A stretch of 64,000 bases of DNA, from NCBI GenBank assembly GCA_963674745.2, contig CAXXDV010000003.1, forward strand, positions 2,624,001 to 2,688,000, in the 5' to 3' direction. This document shows, one piece after another, positions 29,794 to 39,234 of the stretch. The DNA comes from Desulfosudaceae bacterium. GTDB taxonomy: Bacteria > Desulfobacterota > Desulfobacteria > Desulfobacterales > Desulfosudaceae. The translations under genes and the position numbers were made by a program. Under the pieces are notes generated by a model. That model was not told where the DNA came from. It ran no database searches and saw nothing but the letters and a program-made list of their open reading frames with translations. Each line of letters starts with the position of its first letter. Within the stretch, counting starts at the first letter, position 1.

Positions 29794-30801
29794 ATGCGGT
29801 TAAAAAAGATTGCCGGGGCCATTATTTTCAAAAAAAGGTCGCTGTTTCTGCTTTTCGACTGGAAAAAAGCAGTCGCCATTATGCTCATTTCCCTCGTCTG
29901 TTTTTCAGCCGAAGCCGTCCCACTGCTTCAAACCGACCTTTCTGCGGGCTGCGGACAAATGTCGGGCAATACCGAGTATCGGGTCGGTGGAAAAATTTCG
30001 ACCGCCAATGAGACCTATAAGGTCCATTTTCCTGTCAGCCGGTTGTCTTTTCCTGTTGAAAGTTATCTTTTTTTTCTGCGTGCCGGGATAACCTATAAAG
30101 ACAGATTGACCGGCAGCGTTTCCTGGCATCAGAACCTGACCGACGACCCGGGCAAAATGAAGGACTACGATTGGGAAATGTCCCCGGCAGACCTTACCAT
30201 TTATTCAAAAAGCCGTCTGAATATGGGGGCGAGAATGCTCTCGGGGGAAATCCGATACCGCCTGTACCGGATTGACCTTGCCGGATATGCGCCTTTTTTT
30301 CATCCCGGGGACAACTGGCAGTTGCTGGCAGGCGGAGAATATCTTTACCGGCATTTTGATTTTAGGGTTTATGATACCCTGCAGACCTATCCCGGCCAGA
30401 ATATAAGCCCTGACTTCGTGCCCGGCCGGACCCTTGAATATGATGTTGATTACCTGATTCCGCTTCTCAAGCTGGGAACGGCACTGGAATTGGCGAAAGG
30501 GGCGTCGGTGGAACTGGCCATCGGATACAGTCCCTATGCCCGGGCAAAAGATGAAGACCGTCACCTGTTAAGGAATATGGTGTCTACGGCCGATTGTGAC
30601 GGAGACGCCTGGATGTTCTCCGGCCGGTTGAGATATCTTTTTGCGGACAAGTGGTTTGCCGGTTTGTTGCTTTCTTACCTGGAGATTGAAACCGAGGGCA
30701 CCTCAAAGACGTACATCAACAACCGGCTGGAACACATAATTGACACCGAAATTATAAGCCGGCAATCTCTGGTCACGTTGACGATCGGCCGGAATTTCTA
30801 A
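29794..30801 (+). CDS. Omptin-family outer-membrane beta-barrel protease
   Basis: Signal peptide (..FSAEA); GKMKDYDW and DEDRHLLR match the omptin Asp-x-Asp and Asp-x-His catalytic motifs; C-terminal Phe. Start may be ATG 29881. Confidence 0.75.
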   Translation: MRLKKIAGAIIFKKRSLFLLFDWKKAVAIMLISLVCFSAEAVPLLQTDLSAGCGQMSGNTEYRVGGKISTANETYKVHFPVSRLSFPVESYLFFLRAGITYKDRLTGSVSWHQNLTDDPGKMKDYDWEMSPADLTIYSKSRLNMGARMLSGEIRYRLYRIDLAGYAPFFHPGDNWQLLAGGEYLYRHFDFRVYDTLQTYPGQNISPDFVPGRTLEYDVDYLIPLLKLGTALELAKGASVELAIGYSPYARAKDEDRHLLRNMVSTADCDGDAWMFSGRLRYLFADKWFAGLLLSYLEIETEGTSKTYINNRLEHIIDTEIISRQSLVTLTIGRNF

Positions 30802-30813
30802 TTCCTGCCCCGG

Positions 30814-31677
30814 TCAGACCACCTGCCGGGTGGCCTGGGCCTCATACCTGGCAAAAAACTTCGCAAAAGGCCTGGGCATTGACGCCGTGGGGCCGAGAAA
30901 GGCGGTTGCGGCCCCGGACGGGCAATACCGCACGCAACTGTAACAATAGCTGCAGTTCTTGCCGTGAACCGCAACCTGTTGGAGAGTAATGTTTCCAGTC
31001 GGGCAGTTTTTCAGGCACAGGCCACACCCCGTGCAGACATCGCGGTCGATTCTGACCCCCGGCATGAACCAGGAAAATGCTTTCAGGTTATTGAAATAAC
31101 TATCAATAAAGTTCATAACCGATGACTTGTCTTTAAATGCTTCGGGGGTGAACCGCTGAGCGTCTGCGTCCGTCAACCGCCCGGCCAGCACTTTTGCAAA
31201 TTGACGGATAACCGCCAGATCTTTTTCATCCGGCCGCCCCTCGTGAAAAGGAGCTGCATGTGGAAACGTCAGGCAATGTTCGGTCAACACCTGCACGCCA
31301 CCGAGCAGACGGAATTTTTTCTTAAACAGGATTTTCGCCAGGTCAAACTGGATGACGCCGCTCGAAACCCCTCCGAAAGTACTCAGAATGGCAGCCGCCT
31401 GACCGTCGGCCGCCCCGGGCATATTCCTGACAAAATCCATGAACACCGGCGGCGCGTGATGGAAATAGGTGGGCGCGGCGAAAACGACCAGGGAATAAGA
31501 CGGCAGCATGGTGCCGGCCTGCTCCAATCCCTGAATATCCTTAAAATCATTCAGCGAACGGCTTTCGACCGGCAACCCGTTTTCAACAAGGGATTCGGCC
31601 AGTGCCGCCACCGCCTTGCGGGTCGTACCATGAGGCGAAAGATAGATGATCAGCACCGATGTTTTATCTGTTTCCAT
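30814..31677 (-). CDS. EFR1-type flavodoxin/ferredoxin fusion
   Basis: YLSPHGTT flavodoxin loop, GRPDEKDL, CTGCGLCLKNCP and CSYCYSCVRYCP. Confidence 0.85.
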   Translation of the reverse strand: METDKTSVLIIYLSPHGTTRKAVAALAESLVENGLPVESRSLNDFKDIQGLEQAGTMLPSYSLVVFAAPTYFHHAPPVFMDFVRNMPGAADGQAAAILSTFGGVSSGVIQFDLAKILFKKKFRLLGGVQVLTEHCLTFPHAAPFHEGRPDEKDLAVIRQFAKVLAGRLTDADAQRFTPEAFKDKSSVMNFIDSYFNNLKAFSWFMPGVRIDRDVCTGCGLCLKNCPTGNITLQQVAVHGKNCSYCYSCVRYCPSGAATAFLGPTASMPRPFAKFFARYEAQATRQVV

Positions 31678-31748
31678 AAAAATCACCTCTAACAGAATCG
31701 AGTTAATACCGGAAAAACAGGCCTTAAGGTCAGATCAGCCCCCAAAAA

Positions 31749-31925
31749 TTATAACCGATTGCAGGGAATATTCGCCAGCCGGCGCTCAAAATCGTCGTCC
31801 ATCTGCTTCTTATACTGCTCCAGGGTAAATTCGGTGTTGCAGGACCTGCACCGCAGATAAACGGCCTTTCAGGTACGGCGCATTTCCATGCGCCCGTCGC
31901 AACGCAAGCATCTGGCATTTTCCAT
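31749..31925 (-). CDS. Dual-CXXC small selenoprotein (in-frame UGA at codon 19)
   Basis: Hand translation: MENARCLRCDGRMEMRRT-U-KAVYLRCRSCNTEFTLEQYKKQMDDDFERRLANIPCNRL*. TGA at 31871-31869; GGAG RBS; SECIS-like hairpin downstream. Absent from the ORF track. Confidence 0.8.
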
Positions 31926-32144
31926 GGATAATCTTACTCCGCCAATACAATTTTATTTTCAAAACATAACTATCGTGTTGATAAAGCATTCCGGTTATAA
32001 AATCAAATTTTTAATTTGCTTCAACGCCATGTTTAAAATTCAGCGGACGCATACTGTACCTTGAGACCCATTTTCTGGTATATACTCTTTTTAGTTTTTT
32101 AATGCTTCCACCCAAAAAAATAACCTGACCAAGGGAAAAAACTG

Positions 32145-32867
32145 ATGCGAAAGACAGGATATATCATTTTATGCCTGTGGGGAATACTGGCCTTTCACGG
32201 GCCGCAGGTGTGGCTGATGTTCTTTCTTTTCTCCCCCGGGCAAGGTGATGGAGATGCGCAAGCCGCCATATACAACGCGTTTCTTTTCCTGTTGTGGGGC
32301 GGTATCCATAGCGTTCTGGCCCGGGATTTTGCCCGGAACGTCATCGCCCGGGTGGTGGGCCGGGATCTTGTCAAGCTGGTCTTTGTATCCGTGGCCGGCA
32401 TTACCCAGTGTTTGCTGCTCTACCTGTGGCAACCGCTTTCCGGATGGCACTGGCGGGCCGAAGGCGTGCTGTACGGGGTTCTGGCCGTTTTGTTCCTGGC
32501 CGCCATGTCAGCCGTGTTTATTTCTTCGCTCCTGCTGGACTACATGGAAGCCCTGGGTATCAGGGCCGTCATACGGCGTATGCGACACCAGAAGGCCCCG
32601 CCCGTGACGCTGTCCCTGCGCGGCCCATACGCCTATTGCCGGCACCCGGTTTACCTGTTCACCATCTTCTTTTTATGGCTGGGACCGGAAATGAACTGGA
32701 CCAAACTGGAGTTTTCTGTGCTGGGCACACTTTATGTTATCGCGGGCATGTTCCTGGAAGACCGGGACACGGCCCGGTATCTGGGGCCGGCCTACGCGGA
32801 ATACAAAAAGCACGTCCCCATCCTGATCCCCCGCCTTAAACCCTGGCGACCCGGAACTGAGGTTTAA
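32145..32867 (+). CDS. Membrane methyltransferase, ICMT/NnrU/MddA-like
   Basis: Multiple TMs, IHSVLAR, GPYAYCRHPVY, EDR..G.AYAEYKKHVP..IP. Confidence 0.75.
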   Translation: MRKTGYIILCLWGILAFHGPQVWLMFFLFSPGQGDGDAQAAIYNAFLFLLWGGIHSVLARDFARNVIARVVGRDLVKLVFVSVAGITQCLLLYLWQPLSGWHWRAEGVLYGVLAVLFLAAMSAVFISSLLLDYMEALGIRAVIRRMRHQKAPPVTLSLRGPYAYCRHPVYLFTIFFLWLGPEMNWTKLEFSVLGTLYVIAGMFLEDRDTARYLGPAYAEYKKHVPILIPRLKPWRPGTEV

Positions 32868-32891
32868 ATACAGGCAGCTTTTTCAATCTGA

Positions 32892-33293
32892 TTACAAGAC
32901 CTCGGTGAATTCGGCCAGAATGCCCATCAGTGTCCTGGGATGGATAAAGGCCATGACACCGCCCAGCTCACCCATTATCTGAAGGCCTTTGCTTTCAAAA
33001 TCAGCCTTTGTTTCACTGAAATTATCCACCTTCAGGGAGATATGATGAATCCCCTGCCCCCGCTCCTTTAAAAACTTGCCCACCGGCCCCAGTCCCGCCT
33101 GGGTCGGCTGCATCAGCTCAAAGGCCAGGGTACCGACGCGAACGATAGCCGATATATGCAGACCAAAATTCAGTTTGCCGTCAGCCGCGCGGGATGTGTC
33201 CAGTTCCGCACCAAGTTTTTCCCGGAAAAAAGCGATAGCCTCATCAATATTTTCAACCGCAATACCCACATGGGCCAAACCCTCAATTGCCAT
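32892..33293 (-). CDS. VOC-family protein (methylmalonyl-CoA epimerase-like)
   Basis: HVGIAVEN, FELMQP, KFLKERGQGIHHISLKV, FIHPR..GILAEF; GGAGG RBS before MAIEG. Confidence 0.8.
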   Translation of the reverse strand: MAIEGLAHVGIAVENIDEAIAFFREKLGAELDTSRAADGKLNFGLHISAIVRVGTLAFELMQPTQAGLGPVGKFLKERGQGIHHISLKVDNFSETKADFESKGLQIMGELGGVMAFIHPRTLMGILAEFTEVL

Positions 33294-33346
33294 ATCCGCC
33301 TCCTGTTTATTTGTTCGTGTGCCTGCTGTTTCATTCTTTGTCCTTT

Positions 33347-34726
33347 TCATTTCCCGGTTTGCCCGGAGAACACCAGGACTTTAAGACCGGGATAAAACAT
33401 GTACATCAGGGTATCTTTGACCCATTGTCGATACTGACGGCTACCGGACTTCATGCCCAGTACCCGGGCATGATAGGCGGAGGCGCCCACACAGTTGAAA
33501 ACCACGATACCGAATCCATACAGCCACATGCGTGTGCGTTCGTCCTCAGCGGGCAAGGGCAGAAATTCCTGAAAAAGGGCCAACGAATCCAGCAGAAACC
33601 GTATCAGAACGTCAAATCCCGGCAAGTCTTCAAACCGGTCGACCTGGGCAATGTTCTGCATGGCGCCCATCATTACGTCCGGGTTTGAAAAACCGTAATC
33701 CATCAGCCGGTCAATCATCTGCCGGGCATTATCGCGCAGAGGGCCGTCTTCCAGTTCACCGATGATCGACCTGATGGCCCGGGTGTGTTCATCCAGCTGT
33801 TGCCTGACCACGGCCTCGAACAGTTCGGCCTTGGTGGGAAAATAATGATACAGCAGGGTAAAATCAAAACCGCCTTCGGTCCCTATCATGCGGATGCTGG
33901 TGGCATTATAGGGATACCTGGAAAAGACCCGGCGGGCCACGGCCATGACCCGCCGCCGGGTGGCTTCCCCCTTGGTTCCGCTGGCTTTGCCCAGCCTAAT
34001 CTTGCACCCCCCAGATCGCGACCGTCGGGGTTTGCCGGCGGCCGACCGATGCCGCTCATCACCATCCCTGCCATTCTGTCCGACGTCCTTGCTTGAGAAC
34101 ACCAGTCGCTTGATAACCGGGTATAACAAAAACACAAACAGGCCTTTGACCCATTTACGATATGCCAGCCCCTGCGGATCCATGTCCAGGATCTTTCCGA
34201 AAAAACGGGATGCCCCGACACAATTGGCCAGGATAACACTGGAGCAGAAAAATACCCGGTTGACCTCATCCTTGGGTGCACTGAAGAAATCACTGGCCGA
34301 AAAAAGGGCCAGGGTATTCTCATGAAACGCCCTTAAATAGCGCATACCGGGAAAAGCGCCCTTAACATGGCCCACCGCCCCCACATTCAGCATCATCACG
34401 TAAAAGGCATCCGGATGATCAAAGGCAAAATCCACAAACCGGTCGACCAGGATCTCCGTATTTCGCAACAGGGGACCGTCCAGCCCCTGGAGCAGGCCAT
34501 CGGCCACACTGGTATACTGAACGATCAGGTCTTTTGATACCGCTTCGAACAGGTTGGCCTTGGACCTGAAATGGTAACGAATATAGGAATGGTTGAAACC
34601 GCCTTCCCGGCCGATGGTCCGGGTTCCGGCAGCGCCATAGGGATACCGGGTAAACACCTTGCTGGCGGCTTCGATAATCCGAAGGCGGGTGATCTCGTTC
34701 TTGGCTGTGCGTCTGGTTGCTTTCAC
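33347..34726 (-). CDS. Tandem (double) TetR-family regulator
   Basis: Two HTH units (TRLRIIEAASKVF..YIRYHFRSKANLF and TRRRVMAVARRVF..LLYHYFPTKAELF), each followed by a similar C-terminal domain. Confidence 0.88.
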   Translation of the reverse strand: MKATRRTAKNEITRLRIIEAASKVFTRYPYGAAGTRTIGREGGFNHSYIRYHFRSKANLFEAVSKDLIVQYTSVADGLLQGLDGPLLRNTEILVDRFVDFAFDHPDAFYVMMLNVGAVGHVKGAFPGMRYLRAFHENTLALFSASDFFSAPKDEVNRVFFCSSVILANCVGASRFFGKILDMDPQGLAYRKWVKGLFVFLLYPVIKRLVFSSKDVGQNGRDGDERHRSAAGKPRRSRSGGCKIRLGKASGTKGEATRRRVMAVARRVFSRYPYNATSIRMIGTEGGFDFTLLYHYFPTKAELFEAVVRQQLDEHTRAIRSIIGELEDGPLRDNARQMIDRLMDYGFSNPDVMMGAMQNIAQVDRFEDLPGFDVLIRFLLDSLALFQEFLPLPAEDERTRMWLYGFGIVVFNCVGASAYHARVLGMKSGSRQYRQWVKDTLMYMFYPGLKVLVFSGQTGK

Positions 34727-34740
34727 AGAATCAATTTTTT

Positions 34741-34822
34741 CTTGACAACAAAATTTTTATCCGATAGTTGAAATTCATCCAATCGTTGAAATTTTTATCG
34801 GTATCTGGCAACACTTGTCAAG
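34741..34822. promoter_or_regulatory. Divergent promoter/operator region with short direct repeats
   Basis: cttgacaa (34741) and ttgtcaag (34815-34822) are inverted and enclose aaatttttatccgatagttg / aaattcatccaatcgttg / aaatttttatcggta. Confidence 0.55.
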
Positions 34823-34850
34823 AACAATATGCTCACATCAGGAGTCCGAT

Positions 34851-35942
34851 ATGGATTTTTCATTGTCCCGCCAGCAGAAAATGGTCAAAGACGAATTTGC
34901 CCGGCTTGTCAAAGAAGTCGTTATACCCCGGGCCCAGGAGAATGACAGAAACGGCTGCATCCCGGATGACGCCCTTCAAAAGGTCTGGGAACTCGGCGTC
35001 TCCGTGTCCATGATACCGGAAGAATTCGGGGGATACGGCAGCCCGGCTTCAGCAGTGGAAAGCGCCATTATCTTAGAGGAACTGGCCTATGGTGAAATGG
35101 CCTTTGCCATGGCGGCCACCGCCCCTTCCCTGTTTCTTCATCCGATTGCCGAAATGGGCACCGAAAAACAAAAGAAAAAATATCTTCCCCTGTATTGCCG
35201 GGATACCTTCAAGTCCTGCACCATGGCCGTCAATGAACCGCATTACGGTTTTGATGCCGTGGCGCTGAAAACCGCCGCCGCGAAAAAAAATGGCGCATTT
35301 GTTCTCAATGGTGACAAATGCTTTGTTCCCCTGGCGGCAAAATCAGATCACATGCTGGTGGCTGCCGAACTGGACGGGAAAAACGCGTTGTTTATTATCA
35401 GCAACGACAACCCGGGCCTGGTCATCGACGAAAAAGAGACCAACCTGGGCTATTATTCGCTGGAAACCCACGAGTTAAAACTGAACAACTGCGAAATCCC
35501 GGCCGAAGACCGTCTGGGCGAAGCGGGTGGGTGCAATTTTGACCGGATTCTGCAGCAATGCCGTGTGGCCATGTCGGCCATGGCCACGGGCCTGGCCCGG
35601 GCCGCGTTTGACCATGCCCGGGATTACGCCAAAAACCGGCATCAGTTCGGCGAACCCATTGCCTGCCGCCAATCAATCGCCTTTATGATCGCCGAAATGG
35701 CCTATGAAGTCGAGGCCATGCGGCATCTGACCTGGAAGGCGGCCTCCCGCCTTGACGCCGGTCGGGACGCCCGTCGAGAGGCCTACCTGGCCAGGCTTTA
35801 CGCCGGGGAAAAGGCCATGCGCATTACGGACTTCGGGCTCCAGATTTACGGCGGCCACGGTTATATCCGGGAATACCCCATGGAACGGTTTTACCGGGAT
35901 GCCCGGGGAGTGGCCATTTTAGAAGGCATGGCCACAGTTTAA
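34851..35942 (+). CDS. Acyl-CoA dehydrogenase
   Basis: MDFSLS, IPEEFGGYG, NEP, LNGDKCFV, RHQFGEPI, QIYGGHGYIREYPMERFYRD. Confidence 0.92.
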   Translation: MDFSLSRQQKMVKDEFARLVKEVVIPRAQENDRNGCIPDDALQKVWELGVSVSMIPEEFGGYGSPASAVESAIILEELAYGEMAFAMAATAPSLFLHPIAEMGTEKQKKKYLPLYCRDTFKSCTMAVNEPHYGFDAVALKTAAAKKNGAFVLNGDKCFVPLAAKSDHMLVAAELDGKNALFIISNDNPGLVIDEKETNLGYYSLETHELKLNNCEIPAEDRLGEAGGCNFDRILQQCRVAMSAMATGLARAAFDHARDYAKNRHQFGEPIACRQSIAFMIAEMAYEVEAMRHLTWKAASRLDAGRDARREAYLARLYAGEKAMRITDFGLQIYGGHGYIREYPMERFYRDARGVAILEGMATV

Positions 35943-36031
35943 CCCGAAAAGCTTATGAAATGTCCGGTATGGCCCGAATATTTCATGGTTTTTTCGACAC
36001 GGATCAACAGTTTCGTTTTATGGAGGATGGT

Positions 36032-37222
36032 ATGATAAACCTGGAATTCACCGACAGCATGATTAAAATGCAGGAAGGCGTCAAAATGGTCGCCCGGAAC
36101 ATGCTGCGCCCCATTGCCCGCAAATACGATCAGCAGGAACATGTTTATCCCAAAGAACTGGATGTTTTCCGGGGTGCCCCGCTTTTTTCCCGCGCCAGAA
36201 AGAAAAAAGACAGCGACAAAAAAACCAGGCCCGAAGCCGGCAAGACCGGCCCCAACCTGGGTCAGATCATCAGCGTCGAAGCCATGTGCTGGGGCGACTG
36301 CGGATTGCTGATGTCCATCCCCAATGCCGGTGTGGGCAATGCCGCCCTGGTGGCCGTAGGTACGGACGAACAGGTGAAAAAATTCGGCGGCAAATGGATC
36401 GCCTTTGCCAATACCGAGCCGGAAGCCGGCTCTGACGCCGGAGCGATCAACACCACGGCCGAACGGGACGGTGATCAATGGGTCATCAACGGTGAAAAAA
36501 TCTTTGTCACCTGCGCCGACCGCTGCGATGCGGTAGTCGTCTGGGCCACGATCGATAAAAGCGCCGGTAAAGCCGGCATAAAGCCCTTTCTGGTGGAAAA
36601 AGGCACGCCGGGTATGACGCTTGAGCACCTGGAATCCAAATGCGGTCTGCGGGCATCGGACACCGGTACGTTTGTGTTTAAAGACTGCCGCATCCCCAAA
36701 GAAGATATCCTGGGCAGCGCCGAAATCGATCAGAGCGGTCAAGGTTTCAAGGGCGTCATGAAGACCTTTGACATGACCCGCCCCATGGTGGCTTCCATGG
36801 CCAACGGGCTGGCCGGTGCCGCCCTGGACATGACCCGGGAAGTCATGGAAAAAAATGGTGGGAACCTGGATTACGGTAAAGCACCCAACCGGGTCAGCGC
36901 AGCCGAAAAAGAGTACTATCTTATGGAAGCCGAACTGGAAGCCATGAAAATGCTGGCCTACAAGGCGGCCTGGATGGCGGACAACGACCAGCCGAACAGC
37001 CTGGAAGCATCCATGGCCAAGGCCAAATCCGGTCGGTGTGCCACCCTCATCGCCCAGAAGTGCTGCGAGCTTTTAGGGCCTTTGGGACTGACCACAAGGG
37101 AACTGGCCGAAAAATGGATGCGGGACGTAAAGATCATGGATATTTTTGAAGGGACCGGTCAGATCCAGCACCTGATCGTGGCCCGAAACATCTTAAAACT
37201 GTCCAGCAAAGAATTGAAGTAG
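36032..37222 (+). CDS. Acyl-CoA dehydrogenase
   Basis: TEPEAGSDA, INGEKIFVT, GLRASDT, EKWMRDVKIMDIFEGTGQIQ; GGAGG RBS before MINLEF. Confidence 0.92.
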   Translation: MINLEFTDSMIKMQEGVKMVARNMLRPIARKYDQQEHVYPKELDVFRGAPLFSRARKKKDSDKKTRPEAGKTGPNLGQIISVEAMCWGDCGLLMSIPNAGVGNAALVAVGTDEQVKKFGGKWIAFANTEPEAGSDAGAINTTAERDGDQWVINGEKIFVTCADRCDAVVVWATIDKSAGKAGIKPFLVEKGTPGMTLEHLESKCGLRASDTGTFVFKDCRIPKEDILGSAEIDQSGQGFKGVMKTFDMTRPMVASMANGLAGAALDMTREVMEKNGGNLDYGKAPNRVSAAEKEYYLMEAELEAMKMLAYKAAWMADNDQPNSLEASMAKAKSGRCATLIAQKCCELLGPLGLTTRELAEKWMRDVKIMDIFEGTGQIQHLIVARNILKLSSKELK

Positions 37223-37231
37223 GGAGGCAAC

Positions 37232-37429
37232 ATGAAAGCGCTCAAAACAAAAATTTTTACTTACTATACCGCCAACATCAGTCCGCCCAATGAACTGCAA
37301 ATCAATCAATGGCTGGCCGACAATCCGGACATTGAAATCGTCGACATGCTGCAGTCCGAATCCATGGCCTCACGCACCGGGCAGCTGGAACGAAACCTGA
37401 GCATTACCATCCTTTACCGCGAGCCCTGA
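37232..37429 (+). CDS. Small hypothetical protein (weak resemblance to Cse60-like small proteins)
   Basis: GGAGG RBS; operonic spacing; KIF..E.QINQWL..NP.IEI..I.Y pattern. Confidence 0.6.
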   Translation: MKALKTKIFTYYTANISPPNELQINQWLADNPDIEIVDMLQSESMASRTGQLERNLSITILYREP

Positions 37430-37439
37430 AGGAAACATC

Positions 37440-38477
37440 ATGACATACCAATACCTGAAGACGCGACAGGTCAACCAGACCATCTGGGTGGAAATACACA
37501 ATCCGCCGGTCAACTTCATTATCACCGACATGCTGGCGGAAATGCATGACCTGATCAAAAAAGTCAGCAAGGACGACACCATCCGGGTTTTTATCCTGAC
37601 CGGGGGGCGTGAGGATTCCTACATCATGCATTTCTCCATTCACGAACTAATGATGCTGACCACCCATCTCAAGCGTTTGCTCCTGCATCTCATGGTCCGG
37701 TACCGGCCCACCAGCGCCCTGCTGAAATACTACATAACCTTTACCAACTGGCTCATGGACCTGTTCCCCTGGTATGAAACCCTGATGCTCAAACAGGCAA
37801 AAACCATTCGCGGTTACTCGTCGGGTATGTTTCTGTGGTTTCAGATGACGCGGACTTATCTGGCCATCGAGCGCATGAACAAGGTCACCATTGCCGCCAT
37901 CAACGGCTCCTGTAACGGCGGGGGAACGGAAATGGCGGCCTGCTTTGATTTCCGGTTCATGGTCGGAGACCAGGGATTCACCATCGGCCAGCCCGAGGTG
38001 CTGGTCAATATCGTGCCCGGCGGCGGCGGTACCCAGCGCCTGCCACGGCTGATGGGCCGGGCCAGGGCCCTTGAACTGATGCTGCGCGGATGTCAGTGGA
38101 CACCGCAGGAGGCCAGGCAGGCAGGCCTGCTGAGCGACGTGTTTGACAAGGCGGAATTTACCCAAAAGGTCCAGGCTTTCGCCGACCTGATGAGCAAGCG
38201 ACCGCCGGTGGCCATTGACGCCATCAAAAAATCCGTGGTCCAGGGCGAAAGCGCCTCGCTCAGCCACGGCCTGAGCATTGAGCTGGAGCAAAGCGTGCGA
38301 TGTTTCGACACCAAAGATACGGCCATGGCCCTGCGGAACTACCTCAGGTACATCGAAGAAAATATCAATACCCTGGACTACGAGAAGGCCACCACAGAAG
38401 ATATTGTGAACCTGCTGCACACCACCCTGGAGATAATGGAAAACGCCAAAATATTTGACCGTTTTGAGGGGAAATAA
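37440..38477 (+). CDS. Enoyl-CoA hydratase/isomerase family protein with an internal hydrophobic insertion
   Basis: HNPPVN, IAAINGSCNGGGTE, GQPEV..PGGGGTQRLPRLMG. Confidence 0.85.
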   Translation: MTYQYLKTRQVNQTIWVEIHNPPVNFIITDMLAEMHDLIKKVSKDDTIRVFILTGGREDSYIMHFSIHELMMLTTHLKRLLLHLMVRYRPTSALLKYYITFTNWLMDLFPWYETLMLKQAKTIRGYSSGMFLWFQMTRTYLAIERMNKVTIAAINGSCNGGGTEMAACFDFRFMVGDQGFTIGQPEVLVNIVPGGGGTQRLPRLMGRARALELMLRGCQWTPQEARQAGLLSDVFDKAEFTQKVQAFADLMSKRPPVAIDAIKKSVVQGESASLSHGLSIELEQSVRCFDTKDTAMALRNYLRYIEENINTLDYEKATTEDIVNLLHTTLEIMENAKIFDRFEGK

Positions 38478-38505
38478 GGTCAGACAGGAATCAAAGGAAG
38501 CCATC

Positions 38506-39120
38506 ATGATTTACCTGGATACCCTGTTACAGGCAGACAATTTCAGGCGTACTGTTGATGAATTAGCCTCAGACTTTCGAGAAAAGTACAACCTGGGTCC
38601 CATCAACCAGCTGGGACTGGTGGTTCCGGAAGTGGAAACGGCGGCCGGGCAATTGGAGAAAAGGGGCATCGGCCCTTTCCTTATCCTGTCCGGCAGCCTG
38701 GCGCGATGGGACGAACAGGGCAAACCGGGGCATTTCCGGGGAAAACTCGGTCTTGCCAGACACCAGGGAGTGGACCTGGAGTTGCTTGAACCCGGAGAGG
38801 GATCCGATTTTTATCGTCAGGATGTTGATCCCGAAGACCGCATCGTTGTCCAGCACCTGGGCTTTCTTGTCAGGGATGTTGATAAGCAGATGAAAACGAT
38901 GAATGATGACGGGCATCCCACCCGGGTCAGGGGTAAAATTAAAAACGGCCCGCTTTCTGTTGAATTCGCCTATATGGACACGGTTTCAACGGCCGGCCTT
39001 ATCATCGAGCTGATCAGCTTCCGTCTTCTGGGTGTGGGTGTTAAACCCTTTGGCCCGATTTATCATTTTATGGGAAGGCTTGAAAAACGTTGCGGTATCC
39101 GTTGCATCAATATGCCCTGA
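38506..39120 (+). CDS. VOC-family protein
   Basis: NQLGLVV, LELLEP, QHLGFLVRD, FAYMDT..GLIIELI. Confidence 0.75.
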   Translation: MIYLDTLLQADNFRRTVDELASDFREKYNLGPINQLGLVVPEVETAAGQLEKRGIGPFLILSGSLARWDEQGKPGHFRGKLGLARHQGVDLELLEPGEGSDFYRQDVDPEDRIVVQHLGFLVRDVDKQMKTMNDDGHPTRVRGKIKNGPLSVEFAYMDTVSTAGLIIELISFRLLGVGVKPFGPIYHFMGRLEKRCGIRCINMP

Positions 39121-39234
39121 CCATTGCATGACACAAAAACCTGTTGACAGACAGAATTAAAAATATTAAATTATTCATAAAAACAGGTTCTTATATCACC
39201 ATCGAACCGTAAACAGAAACAAAAAGGCCTTGTT

